NCBI RefSeq assembly: GCF_009914755.1
Contig: NC_060925.1
Reading direction: 5' to 3' (one strand)
Source of the DNA: the human T2T-CHM13v2.0 reference genome, Homo sapiens
Length of the DNA stretch: 64,000 nt
In this document: positions 39,077 to 54,859 of the stretch, piece by piece
Numbering within the stretch: position 1 is the first letter of the stretch
How the letters are laid out: each line of letters starts with the position of its first letter
The notes under the pieces: model-generated
The model's input: only the letters and a program-made list of their open reading frames with translations
Told to the model about the DNA's origin: nothing
Databases searched by the model: none
Position numbers and translations under genes: made by a program

Positions 39077-41227
39077 TTCTAGAACAACATATACATTCAC
39101 ATTTCACAGGCTCATCAAAACCTCAGATGCCTAACCATGGACCACTTATGTGGTCCCAGCTTAAGAACACCTGGGAGTCAGGACCCTTGGGTTCTCGAGT
39201 GAATCCTGCTCCCAACTCTCAGTGTGATCTTATGCCTGATACTTCCCCTCTCTGGGATTCTGCAAAACATGAAGAATTGTCCTTCCTCTGTCCCAGCCTC
39301 ACATAAATACTGTGGTGCTGCAACGATATAATTTGAGAAGAAATTGCATTGGAAATACAAATGGTATACAAATACAAGATTGCTATGCAGTGCTTTGCAG
39401 GAGGGGAAAAAAAAATCAACACTTTTTGAAGCTCTTTGCCGAAATATATGACTTTTCTTCCCCGACCTTAGGTGGGGAGCACAATAGAGATGACACCTTC
39501 TAACTGAAGTAATTAACTAGGTGGCTTTCAAGAGATTTAAATTGCAAGTGACTCCTGAACTTTCCAGAATATTTGGACCTGCAATCTGAAAACCGTCTGC
39601 TTTGATATGATGTTTTTTTTTCTCAAAGAAGTCACTCAAGGGAGAGTTTTTCAAATACATAACTATTTTTCTCCCTCCTAATCAAAACCACATGGAGAAT
39701 ACATCAAGGGCCAGTGCTTTGAATAGCAGCAGGAGGTGGAAGAGGAGAAGCTATTACTGCATTGAGGGGCTTCCAGGTCTTTCCCAACTGTCACCGAACA
39801 AAGACGATGGACAAAAAAACAAGGTGAGGCTCCAGGACACTCATTAATAGCAAGGACAGATTGAGGCACTTCCCTTGAAAGCTGCCTGTCACTTCCTAGC
39901 TGCTAGAGACCACTGGGGCTCTGTGTCCCCTCCCCAACTGGCCACTCCCAGCCTCCCCAGGTTGCTCCAAACCAGGCTTTGGGCTGCTCTTAGAGGGAGA
40001 GCAGCTTATTTGAGTCACTTGATTGCTGAGTTCTGCCAGCCTTGCCAGACCTCTGCCCAAGTCCCTGCCCTGGCCTCTGCCATGGCCAAGAGGTTTCTCG
40101 CATGTGGGACAGATTTGCTTTTTTCCTCTCCTCCTTCATTCAAGTGCCCAGCACAGAGCCTGGCATGTAGTGGGTGCCCAGGACACATTGGGATAATGCC
40201 ATTTGCTCATTCATTTGGTGTTTACTGATGGATATCTACTGAGGACCAGGGTTTGTGAAGGTTATACACAGATGACTGAGGGACAAGGACATTTTCTCTG
40301 TCCCTGGAAGCCCCTTCCCTGCCTGCCCCCTAAGCAGGTCCCTCAGTGAAACTCTAACAGCAAAAACTTGTCTGCACTCCCTAAGATAAGAGACTCTGGA
40401 CATGGGACTCCACCTGCAGAGGGAGTGAGCACATGGCTGGTGGCCAGCAGGACCAGGGGGCGGTGTCCTTTCCTGGCTGGTGGTCCCCTCTCCCTGTGCC
40501 TGCCCTCCTGCTCCCTGCTGTCTCTGCATCTGACTCCTGGCAGTTAGAGCAGGTGCTCTGCTGCAGATAGTTCCAAAGCACATTGGCCCTCCCTCCAGAG
40601 GATGTAAGAGAATTGCATCTTTTTGTGTACCTCATCTTTGAAGCACTCGGGCTGAAGTCCCCAACTCAGCCATGATCCTTCCTACTCCCAGGCACCTCAC
40701 AGCCAAGCGGCCACGGAGTCCCATCCACAGTGTATCCTGAAGCTCTCTTAGTCCATTTCTGCCTTCCACTCCCAGGGCCACCACGAGGTTCAGGTCTCAT
40801 CACCTCATTCCTGCAGTGGCCTCCCACCCAGACTCCCTGCCTCTGGTCTCCTTCCATCCACAGCCCAACTTGCTCAGCTGGATTGTGTGGTGATGAGGCC
40901 ATGGGCAGGGTCAGCCGCAGCCAGCAGGGTGCTCTATGTCCACCTCAGCTGGAGCAGGAGGTGGGGGATGCGTCCCGCATGCCCTGGGCTGGGTGGTTTT
41001 CTTAGCTTTAGACCCTGAGCCAGCTCCAGCCAGAGTGAAGGTGGAAGTTAGGGGTCTGGGGCAAGGGCACACACCTGGGTATCTCGATGTCTCCAAACTT
41101 CTGCCGGCTCATCAGGGTCTGAGGCTACCCCTAGAGGTGTGGGCTGGCTCTGCTGATGCCAAAGAGGCTGAAGACCGCTTGGGGAAAGCAGACCCTGGAA
41201 GGGGAGGCCCTGGGAGAGGGTGCATAC

Positions 41228-41346
41228 CTTGCTGCATCAGGGATCCCATTCCAAACCAGAAGCTGTTAAGCAGAGTGAAGTTATTTTCCACCACCTCGGA
41301 GCCAGGGTTGCAGGGGTGAGCATCGTACCACTCATAAGGGCTGAAC
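41228..41346 (-). CDS. GRIK3: GRIK3 coding exon (exon 12): M1-M2 loop and M2 pore loop ([40 protein letters not shown]); Q/R-site codon CAG at 41232-41234
   Basis: NSFWFG..LMQQG pore motif; acceptor ggcag|G, donor G|gtatgc; 119 nt, phase 2/1. Confidence 0.97.
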
Positions 41347-41489
41347 CTGCCACAGGAGGAGAGGGACAGTCAGCCTGGGAAGCAAGGGGCATCCACGCCC
41401 CAGCAGGCAGTGGTTTAGCAAACACAGCTGTGCCAGCCGCCTCAGCGTCAATATCCTCATGGTTCTGCTGGGAGGCAGGGCAGGGGAAT

Positions 41490-42200
41490 TTCTTCTTGTT
41501 CTTTATTGTTAGTGCCCTTTTCTGGTTATAAAGGTAATTCACCAGCATCTCGTAAAATTAAAAGTGCACATGCCCTTCAGGCTCCCAGTTCTGCAACTCA
41601 TTATCCATCCCAGAAAAAGCACTCTTACGGGAGCATCAAGAGAAGCACACAAGGGTGTTTATCAAAGCATTGTTTGCAATTGCAAAAAAAACCTGGAAAC
41701 CACCAAAATATCCTTCAATAAAGGAATGATTAAATAAATGATGCCACAACTATACTGTGAAATATTATGCAGCTGTTAAAAGAGAATGAGATACTTGAGA
41801 TGTGCTGGTGGGGAAAGATCTTCAACACATATTGTTGAAGATCTAAGCAATAAAAATATTAAAAGCAATGTATTAAAAGCAATAGAAAATAAGAACAATA
41901 TGACCACACTTAAATAAACAGACTCCTAAAGACATAACTATTCAGTGCTTTATGTATACTCATATGCAAATGCATACTAAAGGGTCTGAAAGGGTCTCTA
42001 GATAAAAACTATCAGTGTTTACTTCTGGGGAGGGGCATCAAAATAGCAGAAGGAATTTCAGGAGCCTATTGCTCTATCTGCATTACATAAATTTTTAAAA
42101 GTGAGAACATGCTTTTGAATTTTGGGTATAATAAAAAACCTTAAAACGGAAAAAAAGCAGAAGACACATTTTATAAAATATTCAGACAGTATAGATGAAT
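41490..42200 (+). mobile_element. Old L1M (L1MC/ME-like) 3' fragment
   Basis: AT-rich; gcattgtttgcaattgcaaaa...tggaaac...aaataaatg...gaaatattatgcagctgttaaa ORF2-end motifs. Confidence 0.65.
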
Positions 42201-44683
42201 ACAATCTGAAAGTGAATGTACTCCAGCATCCTATCCCCCGGAGAGAACAATGCGTTATATAATTTTTTAGATTTTTGTCTTTGAATATACAAATATATAT
42301 ATGACAGGGAAAAAATGATTACTTAAAGCCACCTACTGCCTTCTAAGGAAGAGGAGTCCTGATTATTGAATTGAAGGGAGTTTTTGTTCACTGCGTGAGT
42401 TCCAGTTGAGGATATGTATGTTTAAAGAAGCTCGAGAGGTTGGGGGGACCCTAGAAAAAGTCCCAGGCTGGTGGACATTTTCTCTAGATTTGTGGGGGAG
42501 GTTTTAGGATGCTGAGAGGACACATCTGGAAGGAGAGACAAGTCTAGTGGAATTTTGTTTCATTTTTTAAAGTGCAATGCCCTTTAAGTGTGATGTTGTG
42601 ACCTCTCTTTTCTGTCTCCCTTCTAAAAGCTGTAATATATTATACATTGATTACCAGTGGTCATGTGGAAAGAATTTTATTTTCATGAAGCGGGAAGATC
42701 CCTCAAATAGGAAATTCTAAAGAAAGGTTTCAAACCAAGACAGGGATCTTCAAAGGAAATGACCACAAACTGGTTAGAGGCTCTAAAATCCACAGGGAAG
42801 AGATCTAGAATGGAGAAAGCAGAGATTAGAGGCTATTGTGAGAAGGGTTTTTGGAGAGAGCCTTTGGAGAGCTGGGTGTCCAGAGCCCCCGCTTCCTCTA
42901 CCACATCTAGGGAGAGGGGCTTCCCAGGGGGCGAGGCAGCTCAGTGCCTGGCTCTGTAACTGAGCGGATGGACCTGGGAAGTGTGAAGGGCAGGGGTCGG
43001 GCTGATGGGTGCTCTGTCGGTGGAACCAGGAGAGTCCCTGCTGCACAACATTGGCCTGCAGGCCCAGACACCACCGGGTCCCAGGATGCTGGGTCCACAG
43101 TGCTTCCCCTGGACCAGATGGACCCATGCAGAAGACAGATCCAGCCCAGGCCGACTTTGACTCCCATCCTAGAAGGCAATGGGATTCCAACAGGGAGATG
43201 CCATGGGGCACAGGCTGCTGGAGGACCAGGGGCTGTGTGGGGAGTGGGCCATGAAGAGAGGCCTTGCCAGAGGGGGCCACTGGAAGAGCACCCACCTCTG
43301 AACAACCTGGAAGGTGGGAGGGAGACAACATAAAGCTGATTTCTGGTGAGATCTCCCGAGTCCTGCTCTTTACATGTACCAGGCACACATACACAAATAT
43401 ATAACATATATGATATTTTTAACCCCAAAAAATCCCCTATCATACCACTATACTGTCCGAAAACTTGGTTTTTCATTTAATGTTACCAACCTCTTTTCAG
43501 GTCAGTTCTTCCGGATCTACCTCATGCTCTGTGACCACTCCGCAGGTGTTTCTAACCATGCCTTGACTGATGGGCACTTAAGCTGTCCTCTCTTTCCAGC
43601 TGTGGTGCACTCTGCTGGAAAATCATCCTTGGACACAACTCTGTCGGCCCTGATGCCCAAGGGTGGCCTTGTCTTCTGGGGCTTGGCTGCAAAGCCTTTC
43701 TAGATTTGGGAGAATGCTAAAGTGTGGCTCAATGGTGATGTTTCAACAGGATGAAGTTCCAGGGGTGGAACTGCTTATCATGATAAAAATAACCGCTTCT
43801 AGAATGGGCTTCTTGGCTATCAAATGCCGTTACAGGTTGGGGTCCTCATCGCCTCCCGAGAGGTGAAAGCATGCACGGTGCCCATTTTACAGATGTGGAG
43901 GCCACGAGGATCCTGCAGTCAGTGGGACAGAGCGTCCAGGCTCTAACCCTCCTCGGCCACAGGAGAGAAGAGGAGTGGGATGGTCGCAGGACGAGGAGGG
44001 AAGGTGTCATCTGGAGTTAATGGCAGATCTTGGATTTGTAGCTTGCGGTTGCAAGGGCTTCTCCAGTCTTGAGAGTAAATAGGAGTTAGAAGTTGACCTG
44101 GAGACACTCTGTCTCCACAGAGAAGGCTACACTCCATCCCCAGCTGGAGTGTGGAGGAGGAGACAGGGCATCCACTATGGCCAAAGCTCTTGCTTCCTTG
44201 GGATACTCAACCCAGATTTGGCTGCAATGTGGCCCCCAGGAAGTAGATGGGCTGCTCACCCTCAGCCCTGCCTCCTGGGTCAGGCACTTAGGATCATCCC
44301 CTGTCACGAGTGCCAACTGTCCTGATCTCTGTGGTGAGAAAGCACCCCCTGCTCCCTTCCTGTTTCCTCCTACCTCACCAGGCATGAAGCAGAATATCTT
44401 GGTGGCAGTGAAAGGCCTTGCACAATGCCTGGTCCCCTGGTGTGGGCCAAACAGGTCAGGCCAGGCCAGCGTGCAAGATGGACAGTCCTATGCCAACCTG
44501 GAGTTGCCCCAGAGTGGACCTGGGGACCTGTCCTCCCTTCCCAGGCCCCATTTCTTGGAACTGTGGGCAGCTGTGTCCAGATCTCCAGCAGCCAGCATGG
44601 TCACCAGGAGTGAAGGGGAGATGGCCGCATTCACCCTACAGATATGTTGTGCTTGACCCTGCCAGTGTTATACAAAATTAAAC

Positions 44684-44996
<313 letters not shown>

Positions 44997-45246
44997 AAAC
45001 TAGTGGCCACACAGAAAAACCGTGAGATGTCACATAAAAATCCAAATCTCTCTCTCAGGATCATGAGCTCTGCAACACTGGCCCGGCATCTCTGCCTGGT
45101 ACAACCTGTTGGAGCTGAGCAGCAGCTGCCCCCTTCAGCCAGGTGAGCTCTCCGGGGTGCCTTAGTCCCTACCAACTCTCCGCTGCCTATCACTATGCCT
45201 GCTTCACTCCCTTTGGCCCTGGCAGGTACTTGCGTTTGTCATCCTT

Positions 45247-45356
45247 GATATAAAGTTGGATTTGAACTTTATATCTGGTCTGGGTTTGAAGCCCAACTGG
45301 TCTGGGTTTGAAGTCCAATTTGAACTTTATATCTGGTCTGGGTTTGAAGCCCAACT
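45247..45356. repeat. Compound micro-duplication: 11-bp inverted repeat plus 39-bp direct repeat plus 3x 22-mer
   Basis: gatataaagtt (45247-45257) / aactttatatc (45265-45275); atttgaactttatatctggtctgggtttgaagcccaact at 45260-45298 and 45318-45356. Confidence 0.9.
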
Positions 45357-47094
45357 CTGTCAAAGAAAAGCTTTCTGATTCTGGGCAATGACTTAACCTC
45401 TCCAAGCCTCAGTTTCTGTTTCTATAAACTGGGGATAATTATACCCACCTCAAGAGAGGTGTGAGTGGTGGTGTGAGGGTGTTGGGCGAGGTGACAAGTG
45501 CACTCTGATGCTCTTCCTAGCTCGGCGGCCAAAACTCTTGTCCCTCTCCTCTCTTCTCAGGGGTCTCCTATCATTACAGCAGCTCTAGGAAACCCATCTC
45601 TTCTAGAAAGTCTCCCAGCCTAACCTTGGGAAGGAGGCTCCCACCTTCCGAGCCTGGAGGCAGGGTGGGAAGAAGGCTTGCTAGTGAAGGGCCAGGAATG
45701 AGAGGGGGATGGGACACACATCAAAAGGGCAGAGCGGATGCCAGAAAAGCCCGAGAAGGTGGGAGCTGAGAGACCCCTGGAGCCGCTAAAATCATGCTGC
45801 GAGCTCTGGAGAGTGGCTCCTGGCTTTCAAAGGCTTGTTAGACCATTAGAGACAAGAGGCATAAATGAAGGCCTCTCTGTGGCAGGCTCAGCGGCTGCTG
45901 CGCCCACCAGGCAGGGTGGCCATGGCAGCTTCAGGCCTCTGGCAGCACAGGGCCTGGGGAGCAGGGACATTTCATCACTCACAGCCTTCCCTTTGGTCTC
46001 TCACAGCGTGGGAGGAGGGAGCGGAAGGGAGTGAAGTGGGGGGAGGGCGGCTTTTAAAGAAGGCTCTGGAGAAAAAAAAGGCTGAAAACGCCAAGTCATT
46101 GGATCTCAAATTGCCTCTCCAGAGAAGTCTCTCTTTGCACTTTGTTAGGATTTAGAGAAAAAAAAGGACCAGATCAGGGGCTGGGGCTGGAGCCCAGAGG
46201 GAGAAGGCAGAGGGCTCCGCTGGAAAGGGGTGGGGAGCGGGCCCCAGCAGCCACCAACCCGGGGCAGGGGCGGACCACCGGACGGAGATGTGGGTCATAG
46301 ATAAAAGGCTTGGTGACCCCCATGGTCAAATGCTGTAAGGTCACCTATTGCTTGTATGACCTTGGCAAGTGGTGAGACTTTCTGAGCCTCAGGTGTCTCC
46401 TCTTTAAGGGAGGCTGGAAGAACTAAATAAGATAACAGCTGTAAAGTGCAGAGCACAGTGCTTGGCGAGCACTAGGTGTTCGCCAAACACTGGGCGAAAC
46501 CTGTCCCATAGTGACCTCCTCCTACCACCCACCAGCCAGGGTGCGCTATGTCTACTTTATGTGAACAACCAAATGTGCAAGCATGTTGCTAGCAGGGAGC
46601 CCAGACAGGGATGTGTGTATGTGTGCCGTGTTTCTGCATGTGGGGATGGCTGTGAGTTTACTGGGCACTGTTCCCCCTGCTGTTGTGGCTTGGATAGACA
46701 CACCCTGTTTTCCAAGTTCTAAGCCACCCACTGGGCCACCCAATGTCCTGAGTCTGCTGCACCAGGTGCCTAGCTCATGTGGTGCCACTTTGGGCAACCA
46801 CTTGACCTCTACGAGCCTGCCAATGGGACCTGAGGTGCAACTGCTTCATCTCAGAGTTATAGACACAGACGAGGGTGAGGACCAGGTGATTCAAGCGTGG
46901 GGGTGGGGAGGGCCAAGGCATGGAATGTTCCTTGAGGGATACAAAGGAATCTGAGCCATAGGGAGTGGAAGAGGAGTGGGTACAGCAGTGGCCTGAGCCT
47001 TGGGCTTTCTGTGCCAGGGGCTGAGGAGATGAGGACCTGCCTAACCCCTAGACCTTCAACCTTGGGCCCGATGTCTGGCCAAGGAATTGCCTTA

Positions 47095-47475
<381 letters not shown>

Positions 47476-47879
47476 TCAGGGCCAGCTCAGGGTGCTGGGG
47501 AGACAATGATGAATTCAACTTAACCTCTGCTCTCTAAGAGCTCATGGTCTTGAAGAAGAGGGTGGTGGAATAAACATGCAGAGAATGGAACTCTATTAAA
47601 GCTGTAACCCATGTGCTCCCTTCTCAAAATGGTGCTTTGTCAAATAAATACAGTTCAGTAACCTATGAACATTCAAAAATAGCTTGTGCTTTTTATTTGT
47701 GTCTTTCAAAACCACAAAGAGGACACAGAATGCACCACAATGCTTATTTAATTCTGCTTTCCTCTCCCATCCACTTCTTGACTGCTTCACCACATTCTGG
47801 ATTTTCTATATATCCTAAAAGCCCTCCAAATGCAAGTTGGGCAAAGATAATACCCTCCTTTGGAGAAACTAGACAGGCA

Positions 47880-48309
<430 letters not shown>

Positions 48310-49828
48310 TTAATAAGCGGAAGAATTAAAGTTCAATTTTTTGGTCTGAGATTTTCCTGATTAAAAAACTAGATTCCCTCATTCCCATCCCATCTTTCCA
48401 GGACCCCACTGGCATCCTCCCCCATGAGGCCCCAATGAAACCACTTCCTGCTTACCACAGTCCCTCCTTCAGCCCCATGTTCTGCACATTCCACACTGTT
48501 TAGGATGTCCTCTTCTTATAGTCTCATTCCCACCACTGTCTGCCTTCCTCTGCACATCTTGCCTCTTCCAGAAACCCTCCCTCGCAGCCTCCATCTCTAA
48601 ACTTCCATGAAGCCAGCTCTGCTTTGCTTGAATGGCAGTCTGTGCTCCATGCGACCTTGTGTCTGATCTGCTTATTTGCCTGTGAATTTCTGAGTGCGGC
48701 TGGAGCTGGGGCGGAGTCTCTGCTTCTTTTCTCCATCCCCAAGCCCCATCTCAGCCTCTGGAATATTTGTTAATTAATAACCTTCCCCTCTGAGAGGCTG
48801 CCCCTGGGGCTTCTGTGGATATTTACATCTCAGAATGTGAACTAAGTTATCACTTCCCTTCCTCAAGTAGGAGAGGACAGAAAGGGAGGCTGGGGCCTAA
48901 CAACAGAAAGGTTAAAGACCTTTCTGGCAAGGGGGGACCTCCCTCTGAAACCCCTTTCCAAGGCAATGCCTCCAGGTGTCCATCCATTAACTTGGTCCAA
49001 CTCCATTCATCCACTCATTGTGTCATGAACTCCAACAGACACCAGGGATACAGAGCTGACCCAAACAGACATGACTTCTGCCCTCATGGAGCTTACAGTC
49101 TAGTAGGGGAGATGGGCATTAATCAAACTGTTTACTAAAGGGTACCTGCTAACACTAGCTCTGACTTCACTCATCTTAGAACAGGAACTAGCAATCCAGT
49201 CAAAATCAGATGTCAAGGAGGGAAGCGCTAGTATGGATGGAATCACAGCTTCTGGACAGCTCTGCAGGTGCTCCCGGCTGGGAGCAGCTGGGAAATACAA
49301 CTTTGACACTGCCTACCCAATGTTTCTCCTTCTAAAGGCAGCCCCCACACCCCATCACTGACACTTGGAGTCCAAGGATTTGATGACCTTCAGAACCTGG
49401 GAAAGATAGGGAGGAGGAGCCTATTAGAAATGGTCTTTCTTTTGTAAATGTCTGAATGTGTGAGTTGGAATTTGCCTGGCTGAAGGCAGAAGGAGGAATG
49501 GGGCAAGCTGCCGCCACCCCAGCTCCTGGAGTCCTTTCAGTTCAGGGTATATACAAAAGAAAGCAGAAAAAAAAAAAAAAACTCTCAGGGAGGGTGTAGA
49601 GTGGTGAGCAAGAGACCGAGTCCCTGGTATCATGGAGCTTCCAGTTAGTGAGCCCCTGCTGGGGCTGTAGATAGGATCCCTTGGTGGGGTGGGAGCCTGA
49701 GTGAGATACCCTGAAAGGTTCCTTTCAGTCCTCAAGTTCTAGGATTCTCTGTAATGTTGACGTGAGAGAGATGTAGAAGGTCTTTGATTCCAGAACTTGG
49801 CGTCCCCAAGTCCTGTCCCTTCAAAGTC

Positions 49829-50150
49829 CAGTCATGTGCTGCCTAACTCTCTTGGTCAACAGTGGACTGCGTATTCAATAGTGGTCCCATAAGATTATAA
49901 TACTATTTTTGCTGTGCACCTTTTCTATGTTTAGATAACTTTGCATACACAAATGCCTACAGTATTCAGTAGAGTAGCATGCTGCACAGGTTTGTACCTA
50001 GGAGCAATAGGCCATACCATATAGCTGAAGTGTGTAGTAGGCACTATCATCTAGGTGTGTGGAAGTATAGCCTATGATGTTCCAACTACGATGAAAATGC
50101 CTAATGACATTTCTCAGAATGTATTCCTGTTGTTAAGTGACACTTTACTC
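49829..50150 (+). mobile_element. Tigger3a-like TcMar DNA transposon
   Basis: cagtcatgtgc...ggtcccataagattataatac...ctaggagcaatagg...atttctcagaatgtat. Confidence 0.8.
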
Positions 50151-51832
50151 TATATTGCTTTGGGAGGTTCTGTCCTCACTCCAAAGTCATTATCATTGCT
50201 CAAAATGCCTTTGGAACTGGTCTCTGGAAATGGAGTGGATTCTTGGGAAGAACCTCAAAGTCAATGGCGGTGATGAATCTTCCTTTAACTTTTGATGGCA
50301 AGTTGGATAAGAGAGTTATGGCTGGGGGACTGAGCTGTTTGTAGCCAATGATTATTCCAAGGGCTGGTGAGAAAGCTAATCACATGGCCACAGGTGATTG
50401 GCCTTCTGGCCAGCCCTTCCCCCAGATCCTCTCAGAGCCTTTGAAACCTCCCTGCCATTCTTCCTGCTCTTTGGTTTTAATGGGGTCAGGAGACCAAGGC
50501 ATCCGCAGCATTCTATACCTACGGTGGCAAGACAACTGGCCAATATGACCTTCACTGGGAGTTTGGATCTGTGTTCTCCCTTGGGCTTCAGGAAGGCTGG
50601 AGTTCTCCACTGCGTTTCTGGTTAAGGCAGAAAATACTACATTTCACCGTTAGTTACGATTTCCCTGAGAAAGGCATTATTTTGTCCAACTTCCCTTGAA
50701 AGATGGGAACAGATGTCAAGCCTTTGCTGTTTCGGTTCATTACTCAGAATGAAAGGCCCAATCTTGGCAGGCTCTTCCCACTTGTGCAAGTTTTCTTTGA
50801 GGATGATTCATAAAATCATAGGCTGTCAGAGCTGGATGAGAGAACTTCAAGTCTATTCGAGGAATACATCTATTCCAACCCCATGGTTTTTATTGTTTTT
50901 TGTTTTTTTTTTTTAACAGAAGGAAACTGAGGCTCGGAGAGAAGCTCCTTGGTCTTTGCTATAATATTTATAGCAATCATGTCCTGAATGACATCAAACC
51001 CTTGACTTGTGCAACACTTTCATTGGTCTAACGAGTGTTTTGTCAGCCCTCCTGCCTCACCAAGGACCTTTCTGTACTATTTCTAAACCTCTGGACCAGG
51101 CAGGATGGTCTTCCCAGGACATTACTTCATCCCCATAAGCAGCTTTCCACTTACCAAGAATCTGTTGGGACCCTCCTGGCTTCTCCTCCTCCCAGTGTCC
51201 TCTATCCTTGCATGAGGTCACCTGGCCCCCACCCATTCTACCACACCCCCAGCTCCCCAAACTGAAGGTAAGAACAATTTAACCTGCTATAGCTCCATCT
51301 TTTGTTCCTCAGTCTCCAGATGCCCTGGTTGCTGGTTGAATCCTGCCTTGTACTCCAGACTAAAACCTGGACATCTTCCTACCAGGAATGGGGTTGGGAC
51401 TGTGGCCTCAGCTCTAACAACTTGTCACTGATCAGCCTTCTCTTAGGACAGGGGTCCTCCCAAGGGTCTGAGATCTGGCCTCTGACTCCCAGCTTGCTGC
51501 CTGTGTCTGGTGTCCCTGCTGGAAGCTGCCTGCTTGGATTCCCAAGTATAGTTCCCACCAGCTTCCTCATCTCCGTTCTCCACCTCTTAGTTGGGATCCC
51601 CATCAGACAAGCCAAGCATGACTCAGTGTATTGCGTATGCTGCCTATGCCTATGCCATCTTCCCAGTATCCCCGCCAGGTGGTCAACATCCTCGTCATAT
51701 TCCAGATGGGGACAAGTGGCTTAATCAGGCTAGGAGGCTTGTTTAAACTGGTAAGTGGCTGAGCCAGTACTTGGACCCAGTTCATTGTGATCTCAAAGCC
51801 CAACATTTTACCACTCTACCATGCAAGCCACA

Positions 51833-52578
<746 letters not shown>

Positions 52579-53117
52579 TTCCTGCCACTTAGACCCTGTG
52601 CAGGATGCATGGGGCTCCTTCCACAGCCTGCTGCTGTCCCCACCCCAGCACCTGTCTCACTCTGAAGAGCAAGCATCATGGCTGGACCCACCCTGCCTTG
52701 TCCTGAGCCCAGTGTTGCATTCCCAGAGACGTGAACTTGACTCTGGCCCCTGACCATGGGGCTTCCCGGCATATACTTCACGTTGCCTGGCTTGGGAGCC
52801 CTGCAGCTGCAGAAAGCTGCTGGTACACCCTTGCCACCTCCAGGTCCCTCTGCTGCTTCCACAGCTGCCTAAGTAAACCAGCCTCACTCCTGCCATGCAT
52901 ACGGGACTATTCCCAGGGGACTCTGCTGGCATCCTGCCCACATCTTTGGTATGTGGCATCACAGAATTCACCTTCTGCTCTTTCCCCAAAGTGGTGGGAA
53001 TCACCACTTTGAATCTATCCGTATCCATGGTGCTAATTAAAGTAGGTCAGGACTTCCTAATACCCTTAGGATAAAAAATTCTTACTAGGGTTGCTTACAG
53101 TCATGCGTGATCTAGTC

Positions 53118-53331
53118 CAGTGCTGTCCAACAGAGCTTCCTGCAACGATGAAAAGGTTCTCTGTTTGCACTGCCCAATATGGCAACTGCGGGCCACACAT
53201 GGCTGTCAAGCATTTGAAATGTGGCTTGTAAGACTGAGGAACTGAATTTATACTTTAATTGAATTTTAATTAATTAAAGCTTAAAATTAAATAACCCCGT
53301 GTGGCTGGTGGCTGCCGCATTGAAAGGCACT
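53118..53331. mobile_element. MER3 hAT-Charlie DNA transposon
   Basis: cagtgctgtccaa...ccacacatggct...gcatttgaaatgtggct...gactgaggaactgaattt...gtggctggtggct. Confidence 0.8.
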
Positions 53332-53339
53332 CCAACATT

Positions 53340-53790
53340 TCTTACACTGTCCTCCCCATCTCTCTTCCTCCCAGGCTTTCTGCAGCCCCTCTGATCCATG
53401 TTCATCCAGCCCCTCCTCTTACCTCCGGATGCTGCACATGAACTGTTCTCCACCTGGAACCTCTTCCTCCCCAAACTCTTTGTCTAGTGAATGCCGACTT
53501 CTGCTTCAGATCTCAGCCCAATCATCACTTCCACAGACACAAGCCTCAGAGGAAATCAGAACTCCCTGGCGACTGCTCTCATCGCACCAGGCACTTGTCA
53601 CTCCCAGCACTGATCACAGTTGTGATTTTAGAGGCATTGGCCGATTCTCTGGGTGTTTCCACCCCCTCAGACCACGAGCTCAGGAGAGTGAGGCCGGAGC
53701 CTGTCACCTTTTCACTGTTGTGTGCCCCATGGCTGGCACAGTGTCTGGCACATAGTAGGCCTTTCATAGAGACTCTGGGAATGAATGAGT
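53340..53790 (+). mobile_element. L2 LINE 3' end
   Basis: gcacagtgtctggcacatagtagg...gaatgaatga terminus. Confidence 0.65.
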
Positions 53791-54859
53791 AGGATGTTGC
53801 TGGTTTAGACGAGGCACCCAGCGAGCGTGTCCTCTGGGTCAGCTGACAGAGCACATGGCCGTTTACAAGAGGATAAAGCAAGTCACAGACGGTGTCTGCT
53901 GCTGAGCCACAGCCTCCAAGCTTAAGAAAACACTGTGTCCCTCAAGGGCCTTGGACATGAACCTGACAAACCAACACCCTGAAGGGTCCACAAATTTGAA
54001 CAGAGGGGAAACAGGTGCTAGCCCATTCATAAGTGTCAACCGATGGGTCAACTACTAGTACCTGTGATTCATTCACCAGCTTCCTGAGCTGACAGCAGCC
54101 TCACTGCCTAACAGTGAGGAAAGATGTGTGTACCCTTCCTGGGCCTGAGAGGACAGCCCAATTTCTGAGGCCCAGCAAGCTCCATCCCTATGCCTCTGTC
54201 CTTTGGGAAGGATGGGCAGGTCTTCCCTGCTTCATAGACCCCATAGGGGTCCCCAGGTTGGAGGCACCATGGACTCCGTGTCCCTTCAGTCAAGTTCTCT
54301 CCCCACACCTCATACCCTGACAGTTGTATTAGCCCAGACAGGGCAGGGCCTGACCTAGCACAGCCCAACGGAGCGGAAGGCAGTGGGCCCCCCTGCCCCC
54401 AAGGCTAGGTCCTGGTTACACACTCCCATAGCCCCCGCACTGCTCCTCCGTGTCTTTATCACTATGAAATTTTTATTTGTAAGTCACTGTGGGACGCCCA
54501 GCTCCTCTGCCAGGATATACAGCCCAGGAGTGTGGGGAGTGAGCTTGTTTCACTCACTGATGTGTCTGTAGGGATTAACGCAAAGCCTGGCACAATGTAG
54601 GGGCTCAATCAAATTTTGCTGGAAGAATGAGCATCAAAATACCCCCAAGAGTCCTGCTTACCCCTTACCCCAGCCTAATGGGCTGAGCTCTGGCGTCGGG
54701 TCTCCTGCACTAACTCTCGCCAGTTCACCTGATCCTGTCCCCTGCCTGCCTCTCTCCAGAGTTTAGAGCCTGCTGCTTGTGCCCTGGCCCCGGATGAACC
54801 CACCTGAACATTGCTACCCCTCTTCCTTCTGACCTGTCAGTGGACCCTAGCACCGATAG

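Noticed and set aside
42783-43476. Overlapping 203-aa and 189-aa minus-strand ORFs in intron 11
   Set aside because: No recognisable domain; length is explainable in GC-rich DNA
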